Origin: Saccostrea echinata
Lineage: Eukaryota
Assembly (NCBI RefSeq): GCF_033153115.1
Contig: NW_026889778.1
Span: 35,092,001-35,156,000, forward strand
Direction of reading: 5' to 3'
DNA: 64,000 nucleotides
Part shown: one piece after another, positions 26,701-35,685 of the stretch
Layout: each line of letters begins with the position of its first letter
How positions within the stretch are numbered: the first letter of the stretch is position 1
Notes under the pieces: model-generated
The model's database searches: none
What the model was told of the DNA's origin: nothing
Seen by the model: only the letters and a program-made list of their open reading frames with translations
Program-made: the position numbers and the translations under genes

Positions 26701-29700
26701 AATCTGAATGAGCCAAAATGCTTCATTTCTGAACATTCATAAGACAATTTTGTGACTGCCAAGCAAATGACATTGAACTTTTTAAATGTTATTTCAGCCT
26801 TTGGGAAACTTCACCTTTGAAAATGTGCCTTGCAAAACAAATTATACAGTTCAGGTGAGAATAATTAATTTTTTATGAACTATTTGAGAGAGAGAGAGAG
26901 AGAGAGATTTTTTCAAGCTGTAACCAAACTTAGATTTTAATTTAAAAGTATGAAAATGGATATTGAACAAATTTATTATATGCTAATAAAACAATTATGA
27001 TGTCAGTCAATGCAAAATAGCTTTATGTTCTTTCTTTATGATTTACAGATCAGACCATATGACAATCAAAGAGCTTTATTTGATCAGTATTATTCATCAA
27101 AAACAGTAGCAGTTGGTGGTGAGAAGATTTTTTTCCTGATAAACTTTAAAAAAGCTATGAATTGCTAATGGAAAGAGTTATTGATTGTTGAAAGGCAGAA
27201 AAAAAAGATGATAGCATATAGAAGAAACTGCAGCATCATTGAATCACCTGATGCATCTGATTGAGACTGGATTTGATGCTATTCATGTCTTGCTGTTGTC
27301 TATAATGGAAGAATACATGAAAAAGCTTATTTTGTATCCTAAGCTTTACTTAGATTAGTTTTCAGTGACGGGTCGACAGGGGATGCTTAGTCCTCCTAGA
27401 TACCTGATCCCATCTCTTAGGTTTACAGGGGCCCTTTTCATGATTTGTTTACTGAATTTATGAGATTTATTACAATTCATTATTTTCACCTTTACCATGT
27501 TTAAGTCTAAACTTCATCATTCCTCTGATCACTCATATAAATTTTGCTTTAACGCTTAGGGTTTTCCAAAAGAAATCTAATTTACAATTAAGATGCAAAC
27601 AATTGCAAAAAATTTGACGGAAAATGACATTTTAGAAAGGAATGATACTCATAGTCCAAGTAGAGTTATCTCTCTTATCATAGGGTCATTGAACCATAAT
27701 ATAGTCTTAAAATTTCGCTCATAATTCATACACTGTAGGAAATCAAGAATTGAAAAACACGGAGACATACTTGCATTGATATATCTTTTAGTAAGATGTA
27801 GATGATAATATATGAAGGTTGTTAATGTATTATTCCTTGCAGACTGTGTAGACCCTGCAGACCCCATAATCAGACCACCAGAGCCAGTGGCCTCTAAACT
27901 GGTCACACTCATCAGTATTCCAATACTATTGATCATTGTTGGAGCCATCACTGGAATCTTCTTCTTTAAACGAGGTATATATATATTTACTCTACAAAGT
28001 GTATTCAAAATGAAAGAGTCACCTGCATGGCGCAGTGGTTAGAGCCGCGGAGTAAGGAGTTGACCCTTATGTCGCGGTTTCAAATCCCACTGTCGGACGT
28101 GGAGACCGGTCCTTCGGATGAGACTGTGTAAACTGAGGTCCCATGTTGCAGTGGGTGCTGGCACAAAAAAGATCCCTCACTGCTCAATGGCCCTGAGTGC
28201 CAGGTATAGGTCAAAATTTGCAGCTCTCCACTGGCAAGTGGTTGCGTCTCCATATGAGTGAAAAATTTTCAAGAGGGACGTTAAACAATAAAATAAACAA
28301 ACAAAATGAAAGAATGGTGTTCTTGTGTTAAATTTGTAGCAAAGACTTACTGGAATTGGAACACTATATCTGCAATCTGTAGTGTTGAAATTAATTTAAA
28401 CCTGACAATCATAAACTAGGCAAAACTGTAGCTATGGATGTTATATTCTATATGCATATAAATTATGTAGTCATTATGCCAAGGAAACTGCTAATTACAT
28501 CAGGTCAAGGATTGGCTTGTTAGATCACTGTCACCTTGTTATCCCCTCACAACAAAGTTTGAGGGGATATAGTAACATGCTCTTGTGTGTTTGAGTAAGT
28601 TATAATCTGTACCTGTATTTTTGTTCTCTTTTTGGAGGGAATGCTCTCAGTCTGCTATGCAGTGCCCTTGTTGAAGTTGTGGTTGTGATATTAATATGGT
28701 TGATTCATTTGCAGATTCCACTGGCTGTAAACTTAGACGACACTACAGACAGGCAGCAAATAGTGAAACAACTCCTAATAATGCAGGTAATTAGAGTCTC
28801 AGGAAAGTGATGCCCAAAATGAATGCAAAGTATTTCAAAGTGAAAGATTAATATTGAACTACTGCCCAAAACACTCAGAGTATTGCTAAAATGTAGTTTG
28901 TTACATAAGCACTAACAAAAATGGTACAATCTAAATAGCTCTATTCAACACAACAGATAGATATTTATCTTCTCAATATTATGCTGCAACACAACAGTTA
29001 ACAATTAAGGCATAATTCTCCTGTAACCATGCAACATAACATTCAGGTAACAGTAAAGTTTAATTAGTAATGTTTCAATGAACATGTATTTCCAAAGTGT
29101 ATTTTTGCATAGATTCAACGAAGATTTAAAATGCAAATGACATTGCACAATTGAAAATGGCATAATCATTGTTTTTCTGCAACATTACAGCTAGCAAAAA
29201 AGGTATAATTTTAATGTTATTCTGTAAAGTAACAACTAATAAAGATAATCATATTGTGTAGTATAAGATCTAACAATAATCATTATGATATAATCTCAAT
29301 GTTACTCTTTATCATGACATCCAACAATAAAGATACAACCTCAGATCTCAGCTTTACTCTGTAGCACAATATCTAACAATAAAGATATAATCTCAACATT
29401 ACTCTGTAACACAACATCTAAAAATAAAGATATAATCTCAACATTACTCTGTAACACAACATCTAACAATAAAGATATAATCTCAACATTACTCTGTAAC
29501 ACAACATCTAACAATAAAGATATAATCTCAGCTTTACTCTGTAACAGACAACAGCTTTACTCTGTAACAAACAACATCTAACAATAAAGACACAATCTCA
29601 GCTTTACTCTGTAACAAAACATCTAACAATAAAGATACAATCTCAGCTTTACTCTGTAACACAACATCTAATGATAAAGATACAATCTCAGCTTTACTCT

Positions 29701-32498
29701 GTAACACAACATCTAATGATAAAGATACAATCTCAGCATTACTCTGTAACACAACATCTAACAATAAAGATACAATCTCAGCTTTACTCTGTAACACAAC
29801 ATCTAATGATAAAGATACAATCTCAGCATTACTCTGTAACACAACATCTAACAATAAAGATACATTCTCAGCATTACTCTGTAACACAACATCTAACAAT
29901 AAAGATATAATCTCAACATTACTCTGTAACACAACATCTAACAATAAAGATATAATCTCAGCTTTACTCTGTAACAGACAACAGCTTTACTCTGTAACAA
30001 ACAACATCTAACAATAAAGATACAATCTCAACATTACTCTGTAACACAACATCTAACAATAAAGATATAATCTCAACATTACTCAGTAAAACAACATCTA
30101 ACAATAAAGATACAATCTCAGATTTACTCCGTAACACATCATCTAATAATAACGATGCAATCTCAACATTACTGTGTAACACAACATCCAACAATAAAGA
30201 TACAATCTCACCTTTATTCGGTAACACAACATTTAACAATAAAGATACAATCTCGGGTTTACTTTGTAACACAACATCTAACAATAAAGATATAATTTTA
30301 GTGTTATTCTATAACACAACATTTAACAATAAAGATATAATCTCAGCATTACTCAGTAACACAACATCTAACAATAAAGATACAATATCAGCTATATTGG
30401 TTAACACAACATCTTGCAATAAAGAAACAATCTCAATTTTATTCTGTAATACAACATCTAACAATAAAGATACAATATCAACTTTACTCTGTAACAGACA
30501 ACAGCTTTACTCTGTAACAAACAACATCTAACAATAAAGATACAATCCCAGCTTTACTCTGTAACAGACAACATCTAACAATAAAGATACAATCTCAGCT
30601 TTACTCTGTAATTAACAGATAACAGCTTTACTCTGTAACAAACAACATCTAACAATAAAGATACAATATCAACTTTACTCTGTAACAGACAACAGCTTTA
30701 CTCTGTAACAAACAACATCTAACAATAAAGATACAATCCCAGCTTTACTCTGTAACAGACAACATCTAACAATAAAGATACAATCTCAGCTTTACTCTGT
30801 AATTAACAGATAACAGCTTTACTCTGTAACAAACAACATCTAACAATAAAGATACAATCCCAGTGTTACATCAGTTGTTGCATATTGACATCAAATTGTA
30901 AAATATTAAATTTTGATATTATATTCATTTAGTATTTGGTTATTATGTCTGTTTAGAACAGTTTTTGATTTAAGATTTTGTAATTTCTGTCAACTGAAAC
31001 CCTGAGTAATCATCCTTAAGACAAAGATAAAATCTTAACTCTGTGAATCAAACAGCTACTATGTATATAATACTTTTTCCCCTTTCAACACAGATTGCAC
31101 TATCATTTTACCTGTGTACTGTGATGAGAGTCAACAACTAAGAGATGCTATTCACAGTTTGAAGTCACTTTTACATTCAGTGAAAGGTTGCAAGGTAACA
31201 TTAAGAAAACCTTTTGAGAAGAAGGATTTTGAAAATTATATACTTTTTGTTAAAGAAATTGTAATTGTATGCATGAAAACTGACTTTGTATTTTTTTCTA
31301 GATTTTAAATAGTGGTACAGTAAATCAGTTAAATAGAAGGGTTGAACCTGTCATATGCTTTAAAGCAATTTATAATTAATGTTATGACCCTCCTCCAAAC
31401 ACACTTTAATCAAGTTAGTTATATGAATTGTGAGATTTTAAGCCCTTTATTTCCTGTATTCCAAATTTACTGCAATGCAGTAATGGTATCAAATGACTAT
31501 AATTTTTATTGCACTAATTAATTAACCCTCTTCTTCAGGCCCAGTTTGCAGAGGAGAATTTAATGGAAGGTTTCACTAGTGATTATCTGAAATCCAGTAG
31601 CTTTTATCAGGTGGCTATTATATCAAGCAAGAGTTTGATTCAGATTTACAAAGCCCTTCAAAAGAATCGGTCTCATTTCTCCCTTACCCATTCGAATGGA
31701 AATATGTCTCATGAAAGCCAAGCTTTCTTAAACTGTGTAGCATCTTTAGACAATATTCACAATTTTGTTTCATCAAATGAACAGCAGATGAAGAAACCCA
31801 TTCTTATTTCATTCTTTCCAAACATTCAGAACAAACTTCTGAGTCCTGATATACAGAAGGAATTTGTGTTGTCAGATGTGGTTGATGTTGATGGGAACGT
31901 TCAGTGTATCATCAGGGATGCAGAAATACGTAAACTTGTTAACTATTTGCTAGATGATGATGAGACACTGCTTCTTGAAGAATTTGGACCCTCGATGCCA
32001 GAGGTTATGGATGTGTGTGAAAAACTAACAGACTTGTACAAACTGGAAATGAGGAGTACTCCTAATAAAAGATTGGAAGAGTCTATCAAAATATATATTG
32101 GGGAAGGTGAAACTCATTCACATCATCACCAAGAGATGGTGGCAAACTATCATATTCCTTCACATTTTGACAGTAGGTGTCTAGACATGAATCCTGCAGC
32201 ATGGCCTGTATTGCAGTGCAATCCAAAAGGAGCTGTATTTGATCCTTGTGATATTCATTTTACCCATCAACCTTGCATAGAAAGTGCGATTCCTCTCCCC
32301 AGAACATACCAAGACAGTGGTTATGTGTCTTTGGTGCATTCAGAGCAGGATAGAAGTTTTCTTGGGGTAGGCAATTTAACTGATTTTATCCCTCCCATGG
32401 ATTCTGATACAGAAAGCATCGACAATCAGTCCCTTTGCCAGAAAATGTTAGAGTTCAATCAACGAAACTTGACCAAGTGGAATGCAGCAACGAGTTAA
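2144..32498 (+). CDS. Interleukin-17 receptor-like type I membrane protein (FN3-like ectodomain, TM, divergent SEFIR-like domain); spliced, 5' end not found
   Basis: Hand-spliced exons 2144-2185, 2466-2532, 3797-3910, 21532-21659, 22085-22211, 24539-24693, 26798-26854, 27049-27118, 27843-27974, 28715-28786, 31094-31194, 31539-32498. All are AG/GT bounded with compatible phases, giving 2025 nt (674 aa + stop). Motifs: WPGAARDMRVSV..ANFKWKPPYDSSVDELTGFKIQV (IL17R FN3-like D1), WKPKIHV..LWFTP..YHKVQL and FTFENVPCKTNYTVQIRPY (D2), TM LVTLISIPILLIIVGAITGIFFF-KR, then ILPVYCDES..SLKSLL..GCK..VAIISS (SEFIR-like). Family call is motif recognition, not a search. Confidence 0.8.
2466..2532 (+). CDS. 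IL17R-like exon (KDVMCHIQQMPPNCFPGYDKDI)
   Basis: tttctttgcag acceptor, GTAAGT donor; the trailing T completes a Trp codon with the next exon. Confidence 0.8.
2609..3484. mobile_element. Foldback/MITE-like element with 109-bp inverted repeats
   Basis: 2609-2717 and 3376-3484 are near-identical reverse complements (ttctgcatttagaaagcagttagagagctgactgagctcctat). Confidence 0.75.
3797..3910 (+). CDS. IL17R-like exon, start of FN3-like domain 1
   Basis: WKDERKWPGAARDMRVSVDRQENGNLMVANFKWKPPYD; tttag acceptor, GTAAGT donor. Confidence 0.85.
4301..4338 (-). ncRNA. Minimal type I hammerhead ribozyme motif (inverted arm copy)
   Basis: The reverse complement reads aaaacgt-CTGAAGA-taataat-GAAA-gcgc-TA-acgtttt, with a perfect stem I. 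Confidence 0.75.
4548..4841 (-). pseudogene. Inverted duplicate of the PLE endonuclease domain (left inverted arm)
   Basis: 97-aa ORF matches the + strand endonuclease except at 4 residues. Confidence 0.88.
4863..6482 (+). CDS. PLE reverse transcriptase (5'-truncated; frameshift before the endonuclease)
   Basis: IKEADKGGAVV (DKG motif), FYGLPKIHK, FRPIV, LDVVNLYTNI, GTAMGTKMAPTYA, RYLDD, LPFLDV, YLHFGSSHP. Confidence 0.92.
   Translation: MSKREEKALRSLASDETIIIKEADKGGAVVIMDADFYETKIIQMLSNTEFYTEVTETQDKKTMQKIKKLLHEHPSALTENEEDFVTDFDYKESCFYGLPKIHKSKLIKEAIQKQNTEYIVCENPQNLTFRPIVGGPAAPTQRLSNLLDIVLKHLCQHVKSFVRDDLDFLRHLPNQVDYDTKLVTLDVVNLYTNITSTLGIKALKFWIENYRNEIDNRFTKEFLLEATELVLKNNVFTFNEKYFHQVKGTAMGTKMAPTYATLTLGYLEETLYEKASEQFDEEFGEYLKKNWKRYLDDCFIIWKKGDSDLSILNDILNELDPDIKFTMEKSSTQLPFLDVLICKENNKISTDIFYKNTDIHQYLHFGSSHPRHIKRAIPYNLARRICTIVSEEETRNQRLEELKIYLTYQHYPLNLINDGIKKAKELDRQELINPTAKDVEEIKILPLVTTYNPNNQNITPIVQNLHGILKTDEEMSSVLSKFKFINSKRQPKNLRRMLCPSKIRKSTKSVTKCKNPRCGTCPFLRHGTSFNFRGNDFFY
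6478..6783 (+). CDS. PLE GIY-YIG endonuclease domain, out of frame with the RT by one T
   Basis: NLIYVITCGGCNQFYIGET..LRARIRVH..LSEH..KEKHFI..PSLN (GIY-YIG and CCHH motifs). An 8-T run at 6470-6477 breaks the frame; 7 T would fuse the two domains. Confidence 0.88.
   Translation: MNSDMTCESKNLIYVITCGGCNQFYIGETRTTLRARIRVHKQHIQIPEYRKMKLSEHIDICGHGQFKVFPFYKLFRDNVIERRGKEKHFIQKFKPSLNSLI
6993..7030 (+). ncRNA. Minimal type I hammerhead ribozyme motif in the PLE 3' region
   Basis: aaaacgt-CTGAAGA-taataat-GAAA-gcgc-TA-atgtttt: conserved core, palindromic AGCGCT stem III, 7-bp stem I with one G-U pair; predicted cut after 7023. Confidence 0.75.
7104..7242. repeat. Near-perfect ~139-bp palindrome (hairpin element)
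   Basis: atctcccatgatttgtagttggatatga...tcatatccaactacaaatcatgggagat around a GC-rich loop. Confidence 0.9.
7585..7672 (+). other. tRNA-derived (Pol III A/B box) sequence, not a functional tRNA
   Basis: A box TAGCCGAGCGG, B-box-like GAGTTCAACCCC; acceptor and T stems pair poorly. Confidence 0.6.
7715..7774. repeat. (TA)n microsatellite
   Basis: About 30 TA units. Confidence 0.95.
7975..10029 (+). mobile_element. Older Helentron-type non-autonomous element with internal ~140-bp tandem repeats (outer copy)
   Basis: Repeated TTTGACCTTGACCT units; 3' end cattcatgtcctatggacatatttctagtt at ~10000-10029; left end not clear. Confidence 0.7.
8785..9658 (+). mobile_element. Complete Helentron-type non-autonomous element (HINE/CvA-like), nested copy
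   Basis: 5' TATGCCCCG...CGGGGCATA inverted repeat, CCGT/CTGT microsatellite, ~146-bp tandem repeats, 3' CGGGGCAT + hairpin ATGTCC-tat-GGACAT + CTAGTT; inserted in a T run. Confidence 0.85.
10095..10217. mobile_element. Short MITE
   Basis: TA|CAGTCCCTGAAAC...GTTTCAGGGACTG|TA. Confidence 0.8.
10906..11134. mobile_element. Degenerate MITE (TCGCTAAA-repeat type)
   Basis: tacagtataag..aattttagcga at the left, tcgctaaaaatt..ggta at the right; internal cgctaaa repeats. Confidence 0.5.
12050..12397 (+). mobile_element. tRNA-derived SINE with Meta-like and Deu/Nin-like central domains
   Basis: A box tagctcagtccg, B box gagttcgaatc, aaaaataggtagcaactg segment, ggatgagacc..aaaccgagg..taaagatccc, (caat)n tail; cattgatgtat on both flanks. 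Confidence 0.85.
12639..12849. mobile_element. MITE (TACTGTATACAGG family)
   Basis: tactatatacaggg...ccctgtatacagta termini; related copy at ~17969-18191. Confidence 0.75.
17969..18191. mobile_element. MITE, same family as 12639-12849, opposite orientation
   Basis: tactgtatacagga...tcctgtatacagaa termini. Confidence 0.7.
20729..20776. repeat. Poly(A) run
   Basis: About 48 consecutive A. Confidence 0.95.
21532..21659 (+). CDS. IL17R-like exon, FN3-like domain 1
   Basis: SSVDELTGFKIQVTVQEEASMSHPVCLFANLSGTDWSQIRNIF; tttgtttcag acceptor, GTAAGT donor. Confidence 0.85.
22085..22211 (+). CDS. IL17R-like exon, end of FN3-like domain 1
   Basis: DIDFIFNCVETTKLAKVMVYVISVPMPSREHKRIAKNIVMVP; supplies the phase 0-to-1 change that the flanking exons need. 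Confidence 0.8.
22331..23295 (-). mobile_element. Helentron-type non-autonomous element with internal tandem repeats
   Basis: aaacaagatatgtgtgtgaaacactgatgc end; ~130-150-bp units carrying aaggtcaaggtca/aggtcaaaaatgttggtacc; acag microsatellite at the other end. Confidence 0.75.
24244..24452. mobile_element. MITE
   Basis: actgtaaaccaa...ttggtttacagta termini. Confidence 0.6.
24539..24693 (+). CDS. IL17R-like exon, FN3-like domain 2
   Basis: GFAWKPKIHVWTTLNNNVYQLHLWFTPLFPGAVYHKVQLHSNQLENSTNLEA; GTGAGT donor. Confidence 0.85.
25875..26178 (-). mobile_element. tRNA-derived Deu/Nin-type SINE, full length
   Basis: tRNA-like head, gatccctcactgctcaatggccctgagtgc core, (aaac)n tail, 12-bp TSD taccagaatgtg. 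Confidence 0.9.
26798..26854 (+). CDS. IL17R-like exon (PLGNFTFENVPCKTNYTVQ)
   Basis: atttcag acceptor, GTGAGA donor, phase 0-0. Confidence 0.85.
27049..27118 (+). CDS. IL17R-like exon (IRPYDNQRALFDQYYSSKTVAVG)
   Basis: tttacag acceptor, GTGAGA donor, phase 0-1. Confidence 0.8.
27843..27974 (+). CDS. IL17R-like transmembrane exon
   Basis: DCVDPADPIIRPPEPVASKLVTLISIPILLIIVGAITGIFFFKR: 23-aa hydrophobic stretch followed by KR; phase 1-1. Confidence 0.9.
28018..28301 (+). mobile_element. tRNA-derived Deu/Nin-type SINE, full length
   Basis: tggcgcagtgg A box, same core as 25875-26178, 12-bp TSD caaaatgaaaga. Confidence 0.9.
28715..28786 (+). CDS. IL17R-like juxtamembrane exon
   Basis: DSTGCKLRRHYRQAANSETTPNNA; tttgcag acceptor, GTAATT donor, phase 1-1. 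Confidence 0.75.
29300..30865. repeat. 45-bp minisatellite in an IL17R-like intron
   Basis: Unit acaacatctaacaataaagatacaatctcagctttactctgtaac, more than 30 copies, with shorter ~21-bp variant inserts. Confidence 0.95.
31094..31194 (+). CDS. IL17R-like exon, start of SEFIR-like domain
   Basis: DCTIILPVYCDESQQLRDAIHSLKSLLHSVKGCK; acacag acceptor, GTAACA donor. Confidence 0.85.
31539..32498 (+). CDS. IL17R-like terminal coding exon (SEFIR-like domain plus C-terminal tail)
   Basis: cttcttcag acceptor leads AQFAEENL into the 311-aa ORF 31563-32498, which ends in TAA. Confidence 0.9.
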   Translation, partial: AQFAEENLMEGFTSDYLKSSSFYQVAIISSKSLIQIYKALQKNRSHFSLTHSNGNMSHESQAFLNCVASLDNIHNFVSSNEQQMKKPILISFFPNIQNKLLSPDIQKEFVLSDVVDVDGNVQCIIRDAEIRKLVNYLLDDDETLLLEEFGPSMPEVMDVCEKLTDLYKLEMRSTPNKRLEESIKIYIGEGETHSHHHQEMVANYHIPSHFDSRCLDMNPAAWPVLQCNPKGAVFDPCDIHFTHQPCIESAIPLPRTYQDSGYVSLVHSEQDRSFLGVGNLTDFIPPMDSDTESIDNQSLCQKMLEFNQRNLTKWNAATS

Positions 32499-33062
32499 TT
32501 TTAGGAGCATATTCACCTTAATGTTTCTCTGCATACCAGGTTTTACTTTATATGAAATCCGGGCATTATTCTTACAAATGATTTTTTTTAAGAAGTGAAC
32601 ATTTCAGATTATTTATTAAGGCATTTCATACATTGCAGTATTCATCATGTTCATAGCGAATCTTTAAATTAAATTTACATAGCATGTGTCTTTCAACTTA
32701 TTTTACATTTTTATAATCAAAAGAATGAAAGAAAGATTATAACATTTTCAGGTGTGTAAAATTAAATATATGAATTTTCAACACCAAAAATTGATTAACA
32801 AATAATTTTTGTTCCTAAATATATATATATTATTTTATATGAGAAGAGGCTCACAGCCTCTCAATGCACAGATATTCAACTATGGAAACGTGTCGTAGAC
32901 TTCATCATATTTCCTGGGTGTGAGTGTTTGGAACTATTGTTTATTTTAGAATTACTCATGAAGTTTATCCTCACAGTGCTTTTTAATTTGTTCCAGTTTT
33001 TGATGTTATTTTTATTTTTAAAAATGTGAAAGAAAGTAAAAACATGCATCATTTCATGATGC

Positions 33063-33065
<3 letters not shown>

Positions 33066-33130
<65 letters not shown>
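33066..33130. repeat. (TA)n microsatellite
   Basis: About 32 TA units. Confidence 0.95.
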
Positions 33131-33132
<2 letters not shown>

Positions 33133-33520
33133 AAATAAGGTATCATTTTAAAACGTCTATTGCAATATAAATACGGGTTGGTCATGAGATCAAATTCCAT
33201 ACAGAATGGTAAATTTGATCTCGTACCAACCCATATTTATAGCCCGATAGATGTTTTAAAATGATACCTTATTACTTATATTTACATTTGTGACTTATTC
33301 ATATTTTATTTTTTGCCTGATTATAATCTTTAACGCATGAAATGTTTTATTTTTCAAACCCAACGGCACGTGTTTGATCCACTGATTGTGCATCGACCCT
33401 TTATGACGACACTGAGAAATTACGTCGAACGTTTATGACGCGAGGAACCTGTGTTTATACGGATATAGATATGCGTTGCTTTTAACAGTGTTATATAAAA
33501 AAATTTGCAAATGTAAATAC
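33130..33520. mobile_element. Hairpin-bearing non-autonomous element in a TA tract
   Basis: aataaggtatcattttaaaac...gttttaaaatgataccttatt palindrome (33130-33278), followed by tatgacg motifs; TA-rich flanks. Confidence 0.6.
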
Positions 33521-35454
33521 ATATATATATAATGCATATGAGTTACCTTCTTAGCTTAGCTTGTATAATCTAGATTATTTTATTTTCAAATCATGATTAT
33601 TTACACATAGTTACTTTTTTCAACATACTGGGCATTAACATTTAATTTTTACATGATTTTAATTTTACATTCCTAAACAACTTTACTGACAAATGTTAGA
33701 TAATTCATATGGTTTACTGTGTTGTAAATCATTTGTCATTGCCGGATCTATTAAGAGATCTAGACTATCTGATGCTTGATGTTCCATTTTGCTCACCTCA
33801 GCATGTTTTGCACCTTTTATAGTGATAAGATGAATATACAATTCGTCATTAATTTTGATGCTAATCTTAAATAATTAATTGAATTATTTTTGTTTGTTTG
33901 AATTTTGTCGATTTATGTTTGTCAGCACAATGGTAGCACTGAACATGATAATTGTGAATTTCTTGCATTTATTTGTTTGTTTACTTGTTACCATTAAGGT
34001 TGTTTAATTTGTTTTTTTGTTTGTTTTTTTTTTTTTTTACAATTTATGTTAAAAAATTTAATGAAATTTAAATGTAACATATGCTATTGTTATAAAGGGC
34101 ATTAATTGATAGAATTACATGTTTTTATTTTTAAGGGCATTAGGTAGAATTTTCTGTTTATACATTTTGATGATAAAATTGAAAAAAAAATCATGTTTTG
34201 GTTAATTTTGAAACTTTTCTTTATTTTTGGTTTATTTTGGAACCTTTCTTCTTTATTTCACTTCAACAACGGAAGAAAAGAATTTGTTTAGTAATGAAAA
34301 TATTTTGAATGTTATCAAGCAGTTACGACAAAAAAAAACATCGATTTTATGTACCAGATTTTATTGACACCATTGTTACCTCCATGGCAATTCATCTCGA
34401 GGAGACTTAATATTATAGCTTAACATTTTTATTCAGGTGTTAATTTTTTAAAATGTACTCTAAAATGTACTCAACAAGTTTTATGAAGTATATTTGTGTG
34501 GAAATGTTAGACATTTCTATGTTTTCCCCTATTTTTACTATGTTTTGTTTAACATAGACTTGATAAAATGATATAAATGTGTATACCAGTGTATACATTG
34601 AATGTTAGCACTTATATGTATGTGTGGATTATCTCAAAGGACTTCTACTATAATTTTCCTTTTTTTTAAATTTAATTTTTAAATTTATTTCGGCAAAGTT
34701 TGAAAACTACTTAGATTAAATAATCTAAGGTGGATGACAATTAGGTGTTTTTTTTTATGCTCTGGTAGTTTTCGCATTGCTCTATGTATATTTCAAAAGC
34801 GATAATGGCGGGCCATTATTTATGGCGTCTACTCATGTGCAACTCCTCTGATTAACTAAGCACATTGAGTGGTATGATGAAGGCTACGTGGTGTAGGTAC
34901 TTAAATAACAGACTACTCCACACTTGAACTTGCTCAAATTTCAAACTTTTTGCAAAAAGATTATCTACTTATAAATTATTAAGAAATTTTAAATATTGAA
35001 ATCTTTTTTTTTTCTCAGATAATTACTGCAATCAACTAGTTATAAGTTTAGTCACATTAGCACAATCTCCACCCGAATTTACTATTTTTGTCAACACAAC
35101 GCTGTCCTTGAGTTTGGAATATGTAATTTGTTCAGCATTAAAAAACACTTCCAATAATTTTAAAGGAATAAAAGCATTATAATGCGAAATTTTCAAATAT
35201 ATTTATGGTCTCTTTCCTTATACGTAAGATTCATAGTCATTTTGTAATAGGAAATTAAAGTACATTTATCTTTGAATAATTGAAATCTTTAATGCCACTG
35301 GCAGAAATTCTATACGGATTTATGGTACATGAAAGAATTTCTGAATTAAAAATAGTGTATGTAATTTTATTTTGAATAAATAGGTTTTTCAAATTGTGAA
35401 ACATGATCTCAAGTCAACATTTTGAATATTACTATAAATATTGCATCTCAATTA

Positions 35455-35685
35455 TTGCATTATATATTATATTTCAAATATTACATTAAATATTACATTT
35501 CAAATATTATATTAAATATTACATTTCAAATATTAAAATATTACATTTTAAATATTATATTAAATGTTACATTTCAAATATTACATTTAGTATTACATTT
35601 CAAATACATGAATTACATTAAATATTACATTTCATATATTACATTAAATATTACATTTCATATATTACATTAAATATTACATTTC
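35455..35685. repeat. AT-rich ~26-bp tandem repeat
   Basis: (attacattaaatattacatttcaaat)n, built from 12- and 14-bp subunits. Confidence 0.85.

Noticed and set aside
29534-30531. ORFs with 15-aa repeats (LDVVLQSKAEIVSLL etc.) resembling repeat proteins
   Set aside because: They are translations of the 45-bp intronic minisatellite, open on both strands, with no splice support
29300-30865. CRISPR-like regular repeats
   Set aside because: Contiguous tandem units with no unique spacers, no cas genes, eukaryotic context
35422-35673. 83-aa ORF
   Set aside because: Translation of the 26-bp AT-rich tandem repeat
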